From the NCBI GenBank assembly GCA_040390045.1, contig JAZJZC010000001.1, forward strand, positions 172,005-236,004: a stretch of DNA of 64,000 bases, written 5' to 3'. Below the pieces are notes generated by a model, which saw nothing but the letters and a program-made list of their open reading frames with translations, did no database searches and had not been told where the DNA came from. Below, in pieces: positions 54,837 through 64,000 of the stretch (its first letter is position 1; the number at the start of each line of letters is the position of its first letter). Source of the DNA: Patescibacteria group bacterium (GTDB lineage Bacteria > Patescibacteriota > Minisyncoccia > Phycocordibacterales > SIBU01). Position numbers and translations under genes: made by a program.

Positions 54837-55325
54837 CTAGGCCTTAGAAATTAAATCAACTTTTTGCAAGCGACGAATGTGGCGACCATCATTCGAAAAG
54901 GCTGTTTCAAGCCAGAGCTTCACCGCGGCCTGCGCTTCAGCTTCATTTAAAAACCGCGCGCCGAGTGAAAGAATATTGGAATCATTGTGCTCACGAGAAA
55001 TTTTAATTTCATTGGGAATTTCGCGTCCGTCTTTTGGGGCGTATTGGCCGTTGAACACTACCGCTCTCACATGCGGAAATCGATTAGCCACAATGGCCTC
55101 CCCTTGACCAGAACCGCCAAAAATAATTCCTCGACTGCGCTCGGGATCACCACCATCATTCGAAATCGCTTGCGCCACAGGAATTATAAAATCTGGATAA
55201 TCGTCGTCCGGCAAAAATTGATAGGCACCTTTATCTACCACCTCGTGACCGAGATTCATCAAAAATCGGGAAATCATTCCCTTGAGTTCAAATCCAGCAT
55301 GATCAGATCCGATGTAAATTTTCAT
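54837..55325 (-). CDS. rpiB: Ribose-5-phosphate isomerase B
   Basis: MKIYIGSDHAGFELK N-terminus; GIIFGGSGQGEAIVANR core. Confidence 0.85.
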   Translation of the reverse strand: MKIYIGSDHAGFELKGMISRFLMNLGHEVVDKGAYQFLPDDDYPDFIIPVAQAISNDGGDPERSRGIIFGGSGQGEAIVANRFPHVRAVVFNGQYAPKDGREIPNEIKISREHNDSNILSLGARFLNEAEAQAAVKLWLETAFSNDGRHIRRLQKVDLISKA

Positions 55326-55344
55326 TGGAATAGATAATTAGGAA

Positions 55345-55602
55345 TTAGGCCTCAGGTAAATTAGTTTTTCGACTTTTTTTATCAGTTGCTACCATAACAA
55401 TGAATACAATAGTCAGTAAGAAAGTGACTATCCAGATTCCACCCATAATCGCCCAAGAGTAACTTGGCGAAATTGAATTTATCATATCTTGGAATATTTC
55501 GGGGAAAAGGAAACTGCATCCTGAAATTAGTATAAAGACAAGAAACACTGTACCTGTTATCTTTTTCATAGTTTTATTACTAAACCAACTTCCCCGCTTC
55601 AA
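55345..55602 (-). CDS. Small membrane protein
   Basis: Two TM helices, 85 aa; overlaps gap 3' end. Confidence 0.35.
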   Translation of the reverse strand: MKRGSWFSNKTMKKITGTVFLVFILISGCSFLFPEIFQDMINSISPSYSWAIMGGIWIVTFLLTIVFIVMVATDKKSRKTNLPEA

Positions 55603-56605
55603 TCACATGTCGCACGAGCGTGTGAGTGTACCCCATCTCATTGTCGTACCACGCCAAAACTTTTACCAAATTTCCTCCAACCACTCGCGTCATAGAAAGA
55701 TCAGCGATAGCGCCTTCAGCGCGACCGACAATGTCTGTGGAAACGAGATCTTCACCGACTTCAGAAACTGCAAAAATACCGGACCAGCGCGGCGCCGCTG
55801 CGGCGCCGCGCAGAATTTCATTAACCTCTTCTATTGTCGTATCGCGTTTTGCAATAAAAGTAATATCGGCAATCGATCCACAGGTGACCGGAACGCGAAG
55901 GGAAATACCCTCAAACAACCCTGTTAGTTTTGTGTACGCCTTTGTCATCGCTATCCCAGCTCCGGTGCTCGATGGAATAATATTTACTGCCGCGGCACGT
56001 CCTTCACGCAAACCTTTTTTTCCCGCAGGAGCATCAACAAGCGCTTGAGTAGCGGTGTAGGCATGCACCGTATTTAAAATCGCTTTCTCAATTCCGATCG
56101 CTTCATCTAAAATCGCAATCACGGGGCTCGAAGCGTTTGTGGTGCACGAGGCGTTTGAACTGACCACGCAGGTTTGCAATTTTTCTTCGTTAATTCCAAC
56201 TAAAACCGTTGCACCCTGTGGATCTTCGTCTTTGACTGGCGCGGTAATCACCACACGTTTTGCTCCGGCAGCAATATGTAATTTAGCTTTTTCGTAACTA
56301 GCAAAAAAACCGGTCGATTCTACAACCACATCAACATTCAAATCTCCCCATGGCAATTTAGCCGGATCTTTTTCTGAAAGATATTTAATTTCCTGACCTT
56401 TCACCGTCAAAACTCCCGTTGCCCCCCTAGCTTCCAATCCGCTTCTACCGTACACAGAGTCAAAATTTAAAAGATACGCCATGTTTTCCGCATCTCCCAA
56501 ATCATTGACCGCCACCACTTCCAATTCCTTGTTTTCCAAAGAAACTTTCAAAAATGCTCTGCCAATTCTTCCAAGTCCGTTGATTCCAACTCTGATTTTT
56601 TTCAT
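55580..56605 (-). CDS. gap: Glyceraldehyde-3-phosphate dehydrogenase (start at ATG 56605; track ORF begins at an upstream TTG)
   Basis: NAD-binding IRVGINGLGRIGR; catalytic ASCTTN. Confidence 0.85.
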   Translation of the reverse strand: MKKIRVGINGLGRIGRAFLKVSLENKELEVVAVNDLGDAENMAYLLNFDSVYGRSGLEARGATGVLTVKGQEIKYLSEKDPAKLPWGDLNVDVVVESTGFFASYEKAKLHIAAGAKRVVITAPVKDEDPQGATVLVGINEEKLQTCVVSSNASCTTNASSPVIAILDEAIGIEKAILNTVHAYTATQALVDAPAGKKGLREGRAAAVNIIPSSTGAGIAMTKAYTKLTGLFEGISLRVPVTCGSIADITFIAKRDTTIEEVNEILRGAAAAPRWSGIFAVSEVGEDLVSTDIVGRAEGAIADLSMTRVVGGNLVKVLAWYDNEMGYTHTLVRHVIEAGKLV

Positions 56606-56734
56606 AGGTGATTTAGCGAAATCATGTCGGCGCAACGTCCATTGAGCGCCGACGCTTATAAATAATTTTATCTAATGTATAGGTTTCATTATAGCAACAA
56701 AACCTTTACGGGAGAAACAGCCTTTTAAATTACC

Positions 56735-57229
56735 TTATTTGCTTGCCACTGCTGCCAAATTAGTTGATGGTGCGGAAAATGGCCCAAACACTCGCAAAGA
56801 ATCTTCGGATAATTGAACAAGAGCGATTCCAGTTCCTTGGTACAAATCTAAAAATTCACTGGAGACTGTCGAGAGACCGACATGAGCATACTTTAAAAAT
56901 TTTGAAACCGGAGAAACTTTTTGTAAAGAGATGGCTGAGGCAGCAGACTCAAGCCTAACGGTTAAACTTGAAACATCTGATTGATCTATCGAAAAAATTC
57001 CAAAAATTAAACCCGCTGAAACAACTAATGCTGCCATGCCAGTTTTCCATTTAAAATTAGTTTTCTTGATCGTAGACGCAACTTTTCGCTTTTCAGAAAT
57101 TTCAGAAACAAGAGCGACAGACTTTTTTTGTAAATCTGGAATTAAAGGCGAAGAGTCAGTGTCATACACAAAAGACCCACCCCGAATGGAGAGATTTTTT
57201 TTCTTCTCAAATGTATGGTCCGAACTCAT
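56735..57229 (-). CDS. Hypothetical membrane-anchored protein
   Basis: Central TM (MAALVVSAGLIFGIFSI) with Ser-rich flanks. Confidence 0.35.
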   Translation of the reverse strand: MSSDHTFEKKKNLSIRGGSFVYDTDSSPLIPDLQKKSVALVSEISEKRKVASTIKKTNFKWKTGMAALVVSAGLIFGIFSIDQSDVSSLTVRLESAASAISLQKVSPVSKFLKYAHVGLSTVSSEFLDLYQGTGIALVQLSEDSLRVFGPFSAPSTNLAAVASK

Positions 57230-57315
57230 AGTTCTTGGCTCTAATTATAATCCCAATAAGCCTTGTGACCTAACAAATTGTGGGGACGAGGAAAGAACTG
57301 GAGCGGTTAAACCGG

Positions 57316-58773
57316 CTATTTTGCGATACTTTCACGGATCATCGTCGCCAACATCGCGGGATTAGCCGAACCCTTGGTGGCTCTCATGCCCTGCCCCACC
57401 AAAAATTGCAACGAGGCTTCTTTTCCATTTTTAAAATCTTCAACCACTTTTGGATTAGCCTGAAGTATAGTCTTTACAATCTCGCTCAACTCCCCTTCAT
57501 TACTTTTTTGTAGGAGGCCAGCCTTTTCAGCGAGAACCACTGGATCGCCTCCGTCCTTGTACATCAAAGCAAGAACATCTTTCGCGCCGCGGGAAGAAAT
57601 AACTGATTCCCCTACTTGACGCATGAGCTTGGCAAAATTTTCCGGAGAAATTTTAGTGGAAACTTTTGCAAATTCTTCTTCCCACGAATCACCGAAATCT
57701 TTTTTCATCAACCCAATCAAATCAGACGTTAAGTAATTAATGGCAATTTTTTCATGTTTTTTTTCTCCAGCAAAAGCCGAGATGACTGCGTTAAAATAAT
57801 TTCCGAAAGGAATCACCCGCACAAAAATCTCTCGATTTTCTTCGGTCAATTTGTCTCCATACGAAGTGGAGAGCCTCTCTCGCACTTCCCTCGGTAGCTC
57901 TGGTATCTCTTTTTTAAGCGCGGCACTAGCAAATTCTGGAATCTCAGAAATCATCAGTTTCGGAAGATCGGGGTCAGGAAAATAACGATAATCATGGGAT
58001 TCTTCCTTGGCGCGCTGACTAAATGTGACCTGTTTTCCATCATCCCACCCTCGAGTTTCTTGAATGACTTTTTCTCCACTCTCGAGTACGTCGATCTGAC
58101 GTTCAAGCTCAAAACGCACCGCGCGCTCAACAGATCGAAATGAGTTAAGATTTTTTACTTCAACTTTCGTTCCAAACGTATCGGTGTCGCTCACTGAAAT
58201 ATTTGCCTCAACACGCATTTCTCCTTTTTCCATGTTGGCATTAGACACTCCTAGGTATCGCAACAAGAGTTGCAACTCACGCGCAAATGTTCCCGCTTCT
58301 TCCGCACTTTTAATGACAGGCTCAGTTACTAATTCCATGAGCGGTAATCCTGCGCGATTAAAGTCCACAAGACTGTAGTCGCCTTCGTCATGTCCCGATC
58401 GAGCCGTATCTTCCTCGAGGTGAATTCGAGTCAGCGCCACGCCAGAAAGTGTGCCGCCTTTTACCAGCGGATATTTGTATTGACTGATCTGATAGCCTTT
58501 TGGTATATCAGGATAAAAATAATTCTTACGATCAAATTCAGTAAAATCAGCGAGCTCACCTTCTACGGCCACGCCAACTTTCAAAACATGTTTAACCGCT
58601 TCTTTGTTGATCACAGGAAGCGTGCCCGGGTGCCCCATGCAGACAGGACAAATATTGACGTTAGGTTTCTGCTCATCCGGATCATTCTTGGAGTTGCAAA
58701 ACATCTTGGTCAGTGTTTTGAGTTCTGCGTGAATTTCGAGTCCAATTGTAGGTGAATATTTCTTTTGTGACAT
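57316..58773 (-). CDS. gatB: Asp-tRNA(Asn)/Glu-tRNA(Gln) amidotransferase subunit B (alternative starts up to 58797)
   Basis: TIGLEIHAELKT...NVNICPVCMGHPGTLP N-terminal GatB motifs; C-terminal YqeY-like tail. Confidence 0.85.
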   Translation of the reverse strand: MSQKKYSPTIGLEIHAELKTLTKMFCNSKNDPDEQKPNVNICPVCMGHPGTLPVINKEAVKHVLKVGVAVEGELADFTEFDRKNYFYPDIPKGYQISQYKYPLVKGGTLSGVALTRIHLEEDTARSGHDEGDYSLVDFNRAGLPLMELVTEPVIKSAEEAGTFARELQLLLRYLGVSNANMEKGEMRVEANISVSDTDTFGTKVEVKNLNSFRSVERAVRFELERQIDVLESGEKVIQETRGWDDGKQVTFSQRAKEESHDYRYFPDPDLPKLMISEIPEFASAALKKEIPELPREVRERLSTSYGDKLTEENREIFVRVIPFGNYFNAVISAFAGEKKHEKIAINYLTSDLIGLMKKDFGDSWEEEFAKVSTKISPENFAKLMRQVGESVISSRGAKDVLALMYKDGGDPVVLAEKAGLLQKSNEGELSEIVKTILQANPKVVEDFKNGKEASLQFLVGQGMRATKGSANPAMLATMIRESIAK

Positions 58774-58837
58774 GGACATTAGTGTAACGATTTTCATCGC
58801 TTTTTACAAATCCCGCATGATTGAGAAAACGGCAAAA

Positions 58838-59815
58838 TTAAACCGAGTACTTTTTTAAAATAGCCGTCAAATCTTTCTTTAATTTTTTGAGCGAGTCGGT
58901 GTCAATTGTCGAAACCGTGAGAATGTCGGTTGTTTTTTTGGAAAGTTTTTTTAACTTCTTAGCAACGTCTTCCTCAGAAACCATATCGGTTTTTGTGAGA
59001 ATGATCACCTCAGGCTTTTGCGTTAACTTCGGATTGTAGGCCTTGAGTTCTGCGCGGATAGTTTTATACACTTCCAAAACATCTTCATTTTCAAGTGAGA
59101 TACAATGCAAAAGCACTTTGGTTCGTTCGATGTGACGCAAAAATTGATGGCCGAGTCCTTTGCCTTCCGACGCGCCCTCAATAAGACCTGGGATGTCAGC
59201 AAGAATGTGTCCGTAAAAATCTCCGAGGTTAGGTTCGAGTGTTGTAAATTGGTAATTGCCAACTTTAGCCGTGGCGTTAGTCAGCTCATTGAGAAGAGAT
59301 GATTTTCCAGCGTTTGGCAGTCCGATAAGTCCCGCGTCGGCCACCAGTCGAAGTTCAATAAAAAAATCTGCCTCGTCCCCGGGTTTCCCCGGAGTCCATT
59401 CGTACGGTCGAATATTTTTTGAACCCTTGAAGTGCTCGTTGCCATAGCCGCCGCGGCCACCTGAGAGTAACAACACCGATTCGCCTTCCTTCAAAAGTTC
59501 CACCACCTTTTTGGTTCGCAAGTTTGTGACAAGCGATCCAACCGGCAAAAGAATTTCCAAATCATTGCCGCCTCTTCCGTGCATACTTTTGTTTTTGCCA
59601 CTTTCACCGTTCTCAGCCCGAAATTCTTTTTCATGTCGATACTTAGCGAGCACACCGATGTCCCTCGCCCCGCGCACGATCACATTTCCTCCATTGCCAC
59701 CGTCGCCTCCGGCAGGACCGCCGAATTCTTTACCTTTCTCGTGCAACCACGAGACAATACCCCGGCCACCATTGCCGGCTTTCATGTGCATTTTTAATTC
59801 GTCTACGAAGGCCAT
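58838..59815 (-). CDS. obg: GTPase Obg/CgtA
   Basis: FVDELKMHMKAGNGGRG...Gly-rich Obg fold; G-domain GLPNAGKSSLL. Confidence 0.85.
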   Translation of the reverse strand: MAFVDELKMHMKAGNGGRGIVSWLHEKGKEFGGPAGGDGGNGGNVIVRGARDIGVLAKYRHEKEFRAENGESGKNKSMHGRGGNDLEILLPVGSLVTNLRTKKVVELLKEGESVLLLSGGRGGYGNEHFKGSKNIRPYEWTPGKPGDEADFFIELRLVADAGLIGLPNAGKSSLLNELTNATAKVGNYQFTTLEPNLGDFYGHILADIPGLIEGASEGKGLGHQFLRHIERTKVLLHCISLENEDVLEVYKTIRAELKAYNPKLTQKPEVIILTKTDMVSEEDVAKKLKKLSKKTTDILTVSTIDTDSLKKLKKDLTAILKKYSV

Positions 59816-59842
59816 AGGATTTTAGTTTATCAAGTTAAAAGT

Positions 59843-59862
59843 TATAAAGTTCATCAAGTTAC
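59843..59862. repeat. Left arm of inverted repeat flanking the four-helix-bundle gene (ttataaagttcatcaagtta)
   Basis: Reverse complement matches 60219-60240 (taacttgatgaactttatgaac). Confidence 0.65.
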
Positions 59863-60203
59863 AGCACCTTAATAAGACCGGACAGAAGTTTTGAGATCTC
59901 AATGGAACTTGAATAAATTTCCTTGAAATCGCTCTCCTTGAGATATCCTAACTCTACACCAACATGAGCCATTGAGCGAACTTCTCCACATGACCCTTTC
60001 GCCACGTATAAAAATTGCTTGAACTCTTTATTGCTTCTCCTTTCATATCCTTCCGCAATATTATTTGAAATACTCACTACCGCTCTCTGAATCTGATCCC
60101 TAAAACCGTAATCTTTATTATCTTTTAAAATTTTATAAAGTAAGACAGCTAAACTTTTTGCCCTTTGCCACGAAAGTATATCCTCAAATTTTTCTATCTT
60201 CAT
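59859..60203 (-). CDS. Four-helix-bundle protein (23S rRNA intervening-sequence protein family)
   Basis: 114 aa; SISNNIAEGYER...FLYVAKGSCGEV motifs typical of TIGR02436-type proteins. Confidence 0.75.
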   Translation of the reverse strand: MKIEKFEDILSWQRAKSLAVLLYKILKDNKDYGFRDQIQRAVVSISNNIAEGYERRSNKEFKQFLYVAKGSCGEVRSMAHVGVELGYLKESDFKEIYSSSIEISKLLSGLIKVL

Positions 60204-60218
60204 ACTTTATAAACTTGA

Positions 60219-60240
60219 TAACTTGATGAACTTTATGAAC
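60219..60240. repeat. Right arm of the inverted repeat (with additional ctttatgaa tandem copies to ~60250)
   Basis: See the left arm at 59843-59862. Confidence 0.65.
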
Positions 60241-60241
60241 T

Positions 60242-61138
60242 TTATGAACTCAGAGCGAGCTCCGCGAGCTTAATCGCCCCGGCTTTTGATTGTGCAACGG
60301 CCATGAAGCGACCGTTGTGACAAAAAACAGCATCGGGAACGCCGGTGACAGAAGCTAACTCAGCGTCGCGCTTGCCAGCCCAAGCCTCTGGCAAATTCTT
60401 CCGATTTTTAAATGACGCTTCGTCATCCCGAATGGCGCCGACATTCCATTTACCGTCGGGGCGAGGATGCACCACAAACAACGGCTCCGAAAATCCTCCC
60501 AGGGTTTTTTGGTGAGGATAAAAAGCGTCGAGCACAACCACTCGTTTGTCTTTCGACGATTCATACGCCGCAATCACCAATTTTTCCGCTTCAAGCGAGC
60601 CCCTAGAGTGCTCAATTTCACGCGTCAAAATTTGCCGCGCGATAGCAACTGCTTCTAAAAATTTTGTGTCGAGTGAGTCGATCGATTCCTGCCATGTTGG
60701 TCTGAGATTGTGGAAAAAATCACCCACAAGATACGGCTCAACGTCATCAAAGTTTTTTTTATAAATATCGATGCCGTTATCGCCCGCGTCAATCGAAGAA
60801 ACCAATTTTTGATCCACCGAGGCCGCCAACTTTTCTGAACCGGCAATATCCTTGCCATACTTCTGCCACACCAAACCGAACGCGGCGAAGGAGATTCCAT
60901 TCGCTCGCTTCCCCGCACCTCCCGCTTGATGATGATCAAAACGGTTGTTTTTTTCGTCATGCGCGCCACCAACATCCACCACAAAATCTGCCTTGCGCAA
61001 TCTATCTTCATCGCGAGTTCTAATCACGGTAGTCAACACAGGAGTTTTCTCCAACAAACACAAAAGAGTAGCCACAGCAAAAATATCATCCGGGTGGAAC
61101 ATGCCATCATGCGTAGCAATTACAACCTTTTTGTCCAT
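60242..61138 (-). CDS. MYG1/UPF0160-family metal-dependent hydrolase
   Basis: THDGMFHPDDIFA and FDHHQ motifs. Confidence 0.7.
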   Translation of the reverse strand: MDKKVVIATHDGMFHPDDIFAVATLLCLLEKTPVLTTVIRTRDEDRLRKADFVVDVGGAHDEKNNRFDHHQAGGAGKRANGISFAAFGLVWQKYGKDIAGSEKLAASVDQKLVSSIDAGDNGIDIYKKNFDDVEPYLVGDFFHNLRPTWQESIDSLDTKFLEAVAIARQILTREIEHSRGSLEAEKLVIAAYESSKDKRVVVLDAFYPHQKTLGGFSEPLFVVHPRPDGKWNVGAIRDDEASFKNRKNLPEAWAGKRDAELASVTGVPDAVFCHNGRFMAVAQSKAGAIKLAELALSS

Positions 61139-61177
61139 AATGGAACTACTATACTACAAGTGCGAAAGAGAATCGAA

Positions 61178-61588
61178 TTATCGATTGAGCATCCTTTTTA
61201 TGTCTTCTAGACCTTGAGTGAGCAAATCAACTTTTTTATGTAACACGTGGATGAGCACCTCTTCATCTCGAACCTCTGATTCAGTTTTTTCCTCAACTTT
61301 TTTCTCATGCTTCAGCCCAGACATGATGATTCTGTCTCCGATAAAAAACGAGACAAAGATACCTGTGCCCAATAGGATTATCATACTGATAAGAAGAGAA
61401 ATTATGGGATCAAAAATAATTGCCCATAGCCCGCCCTTCAGAGCCAATATGTCCGCAAGATCCCAGATGCCTCTCCAAAATAAAACAATCGACACCGCTC
61501 CGATGAGCGCGTAGAGAATCGGAACGTGACTCAATTGTCCTCGAGTTTTATCTTCCAAATGATCGAAAAATTTAAGAATTTTAGTCAT
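61178..61588 (-). CDS. Hypothetical membrane protein (start at internal ATG 61588 to avoid overlap)
   Basis: Three TM helices; charged C-terminal tail. Confidence 0.35.
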   Translation of the reverse strand: MTKILKFFDHLEDKTRGQLSHVPILYALIGAVSIVLFWRGIWDLADILALKGGLWAIIFDPIISLLISMIILLGTGIFVSFFIGDRIIMSGLKHEKKVEEKTESEVRDEEVLIHVLHKKVDLLTQGLEDIKRMLNR

Positions 61589-61598
61589 AAAATCAAAA

Positions 61599-62066
61599 TT
61601 ATTTTTTATTATTCTTTTGCTTGTTAACAAGCCATGAACTCGACTGCACCTTGCCTCCATGACCGATATTGAAAACCATTTTGATATTGTGCTTGTTGCA
61701 TACGACACTTTCTAAACTGGGAATTTCATCGGGGTTTCTACGATCTCCGCCGTTCGCAAAAATGTCAGGTCGGATTTTTTCAAGCTCGGCGCAAACGCTC
61801 GTGTCAGTCACTATTTCTGGATGTGAGGTCAACACCACTTCATCGACTGCGGCTAAAGCCTCCAAAATTTCTTTCCGCTCGGCTTCTGGCATAAACGGTT
61901 CGCCCTTTTTATTTTTTAGCCAGTTATCGTTGTTTAAAATTACAACCAATTTGTCCCCGAGTTTTTTAGCCTCGTTAAACATCCGCACGTGACCGATGTG
62001 GACTGGGTCAAATCCCCCAGAAACAGCGACTACGAGGGGTTTCTTGTTGTTTTCTGCTTTTTTCAT
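61599..62066 (-). CDS. Cytidylyl/adenylyltransferase (HldE domain-II / RfaE-like)
   Basis: VVAVSGGFDPVHIGHVRMF HxGH motif; 155 aa. Confidence 0.7.
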   Translation of the reverse strand: MKKAENNKKPLVVAVSGGFDPVHIGHVRMFNEAKKLGDKLVVILNNDNWLKNKKGEPFMPEAERKEILEALAAVDEVVLTSHPEIVTDTSVCAELEKIRPDIFANGGDRRNPDEIPSLESVVCNKHNIKMVFNIGHGGKVQSSSWLVNKQKNNKK

Positions 62067-62080
62067 ATTTTCTATTCTTC

Positions 62081-62869
62081 CTAATCAAGCTTTAGCAACC
62101 TACCCGTCCGCTTCACCTGTGCAAACATTGTAGCAAAAAACCAAACGACCAGCACGGCGTAAAAAAGAGTACTCCCGAAACCGAAGGCCAAATCCCGAAG
62201 TGGCAAAGTTCCGAGGGCAATCACATGTCGCATACCCTCAAAAACGTACGTCGAAGGAATCATATACGCGAGTGGTTGTAAAAATTTCGGAAGCGCTGAA
62301 ACCGGATAAAACACGGCACTGAAAGGTTGAATAAGAACAATAAAACCCCACGCAAATATCTGCGCTGACGTGCCAAAACGCAAAATGACAGCCGTGCTGA
62401 AAAGACCCAACGTCCAACCAAACAGAAGCAAGATTGCCACAAATGGAATCAAGTACAACCCGAGCGTAAATAAGTTGAAACTGTAGAGGAAAAAGGCCAG
62501 CGGAATCATAACGAGCGCCGCGAGAATAATTCGTATCAATCCTACAAAAATAGTCGACGTGAGAAACTCAGAAACAGTCAGTGGCGTTACAAAAATATTT
62601 AAAAGATTTTTCTCCCAAACTTCTTCCAAGAATGCGATAGAAACGGCTTTTTGTGATTGATCGAGTAACACCCAAAAGACAATCGCTCCCAAAAGAACTG
62701 TCACAACATTTAAACCACCGAGCTGTAATTTATCAATGTAGACACTGAGAAATCCCCAAATTAAAATTTCCATCACCGGCCAATAGAAAATATCCATGAG
62801 CCGTGGCAAGCTTCTCTTGTAGAGATACAGATGGCGAATTAACAATGCATTGATGCGGTGTAACTTCAT
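62081..62869 (-). CDS. ABC-2-type transporter permease
   Basis: Six TM helices; ABC-2 topology. Confidence 0.7.
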   Translation of the reverse strand: MKLHRINALLIRHLYLYKRSLPRLMDIFYWPVMEILIWGFLSVYIDKLQLGGLNVVTVLLGAIVFWVLLDQSQKAVSIAFLEEVWEKNLLNIFVTPLTVSEFLTSTIFVGLIRIILAALVMIPLAFFLYSFNLFTLGLYLIPFVAILLLFGWTLGLFSTAVILRFGTSAQIFAWGFIVLIQPFSAVFYPVSALPKFLQPLAYMIPSTYVFEGMRHVIALGTLPLRDLAFGFGSTLFYAVLVVWFFATMFAQVKRTGRLLKLD

Positions 62870-62948
62870 AAAAAGTAAATCCGAAATTCGAATATCGAAA
62901 TTCGAAAAATATTTAAATAATAATTTTTAAAATTTCAAACATTGCAAT

Positions 62949-63722
62949 TTAAGAGTTCGTTTCGGATTTCGGGTTTAGTGCTTCGAATTTTGAATCTTCA
63001 TTTCTCGCTATGTGTAAAAAAACATCATTCAGGTCGTTCTTACCGTATTTCTTAATCAGTTCAATTGGCGTTCCTTCATCCTTTATTTCCCCGTGATTAA
63101 TAAAAATGACTCGATCGCAAATTTCTTCAACCTCGGCCATATTATGCGTTGTATAAAGCATCGTCACCTTTCGTTCACTCCGAATTTTCAAAAGCATTTT
63201 TCGGGTACGATCAGCAATGTCGGGATCCAAGCTCGAGGTCGGTTCGTCGAGAAGCAAAAGTTTTGGATCATTTAAAAGCGCCTTCGTAAGATTAACCCTC
63301 GTCAATTGTCCAGTCGATAAATTAGAAGTCATCTTGCCTAAAAAATCTTTAATCTCGAAAAAACTGCTCAGTTCTGCAATTTTAGATTTAACATCAGAAA
63401 CGCCATACAACCGCGAGAAGGTTTTAAGATTTTCCATGACGGTCAAATTGCCCGGAAGAGCAACGTACGGTGACGAAAAATTCATCGCCCCTAAAATTTC
63501 TTCTCGATGGCTACTCATATGCTTGCCGAAAATTTTTATGTCACCGGAGGTTGGCGTAATAAGATCGAGAATCATTTGAATGGTCGTGGTCTTCCCTGCT
63601 CCGTTTGGGCCCAAAAGTCCACAAATTTCTCCTTCATACACATTGAAAGAAATTCCTTTTACCGCAGGAATTTTGTTAAACGTTTTAGCGAGATTTTTTA
63701 CTTCGATAACTGCGTTCGGCAT
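62949..63722 (-). CDS. ABC transporter ATP-binding protein
   Basis: Walker A GLLGPNGAGKTT; signature LSTGQLTRVNLTKA; Walker B LLLLDEPTSSLD. Confidence 0.85.
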   Translation of the reverse strand: MPNAVIEVKNLAKTFNKIPAVKGISFNVYEGEICGLLGPNGAGKTTTIQMILDLITPTSGDIKIFGKHMSSHREEILGAMNFSSPYVALPGNLTVMENLKTFSRLYGVSDVKSKIAELSSFFEIKDFLGKMTSNLSTGQLTRVNLTKALLNDPKLLLLDEPTSSLDPDIADRTRKMLLKIRSERKVTMLYTTHNMAEVEEICDRVIFINHGEIKDEGTPIELIKKYGKNDLNDVFLHIARNEDSKFEALNPKSETNS

Positions 63723-63801
63723 GCCAGATAGTATAGCAAAAATTTATCGCCGAATCAGCAGACAAATAAAAATCCCTCGAAAATGAGGGATTGGAACCTA
63801 G

Positions 63802-64000
63802 TTAATTCATCAAGGGGCGATTAATGTGACCGAGCTTGCGTCCGGGCCGTGCTGGCTTGCCGTAGATGTAGATTCTCGCTTTCGGATGAGGCAAAGATGC
63901 TTGGACCTGCTCGAGATTACCAATAACATTGACCATCTTGCCGCCCTGTCCTCGAACCGCAGTAGAACCGAAAGGTAATCCGCAAACCGCGCGGATGTGT
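63802..64000 (-). CDS. 3' end of an ATP-grasp enzyme (PurK/PurT-like C-terminus); gene continues beyond the window
   Basis: C-terminal ...YGKPARPGRKLGHINRPLMN resembles PurK tails; only ~65 codons visible. Confidence 0.35.
   Translation of the reverse strand, partial: HIRAVCGLPFGSTAVRGQGGKMVNVIGNLEQVQASLPHPKARIYIYGKPARPGRKLGHINRPLMN

Noticed and set aside
55580-56635. gap ORF starting at an upstream TTG (track start)
   Set aside because: The ATG ten codons downstream gives the canonical MKKIRVGINGLGRIGR N-terminus; the TTG extension adds non-conserved residues.
1-64000. CRISPR arrays, rRNA genes, IS elements with recognisable transposases
   Set aside because: No regularly spaced direct repeats with unique spacers, no 16S/23S/5S signatures and no DDE/tyrosine/serine recombinase motifs were found.

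Overview
The window is gene-dense bacterial chromosome at roughly 40% GC, broken by short islands of clearly higher GC. Several traits suggest a small-genome, possibly CPR/Patescibacteria-like organism; this is inference only. Those traits are a split transketolase, a short dnaX, many small membrane and surface proteins, fibronectin-type-III surface proteins and sparse metabolism. Recognisable core genes are typA, engB, obg, dinB, dnaX, gatB and a glycolysis/pentose-phosphate cluster (gap, rpiB, rpe, split tkt, class II fba, a PfkB kinase). There are four ABC exporter/ABC-2 units, two sigma-70/ECF-type sigma factors, a histidine kinase with a response regulator, a ZIP transporter and a VIT1/CCC1 transporter, a DsbB/thioredoxin pair, and a cell-wall cluster (sortase, L,D-transpeptidase, C39-like peptidase). 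One tRNA was found: tRNA-Gln(UUG), minus strand, 45458..45528. No rRNA and no CRISPR array were seen. The most notable accessory structure starts at the 3' end of that tRNA. A perfect 30-bp copy of its 3' end plus flank lies ~1.47 kb away, with further degenerate copies between. These repeats bracket a two-gene cassette (a zinc-ribbon protein and a membrane-anchored coiled-coil protein) of unknown function; there is no integrase inside it. A gene encoding an HTH plus LAGLIDADG-like protein abuts the tRNA 5' end. This is the best candidate here for an undescribed small mobile or defence-like module. Other notable points are: a standalone protein with a canonical HEPN R-N-x3-H motif and a C-terminal zinc ribbon; an island of stress/xenobiotic-type small domain proteins (37.8-43.9 kb); single-gene high-GC islands, one an orphan ParB-like protein, flanked by long perfect palindromes; a decayed region with a HAD-hydrolase pseudogene; a four-helix-bundle (rRNA intervening-sequence type) gene enclosed by 20-bp inverted repeats; transketolase halves separated by three small membrane ORFs; and a GC-rich, highly self-complementary intergenic segment that may be a structured RNA. 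Feature coordinates follow the ORF track; starts were adjusted only where an internal ATG was checked in the sequence.
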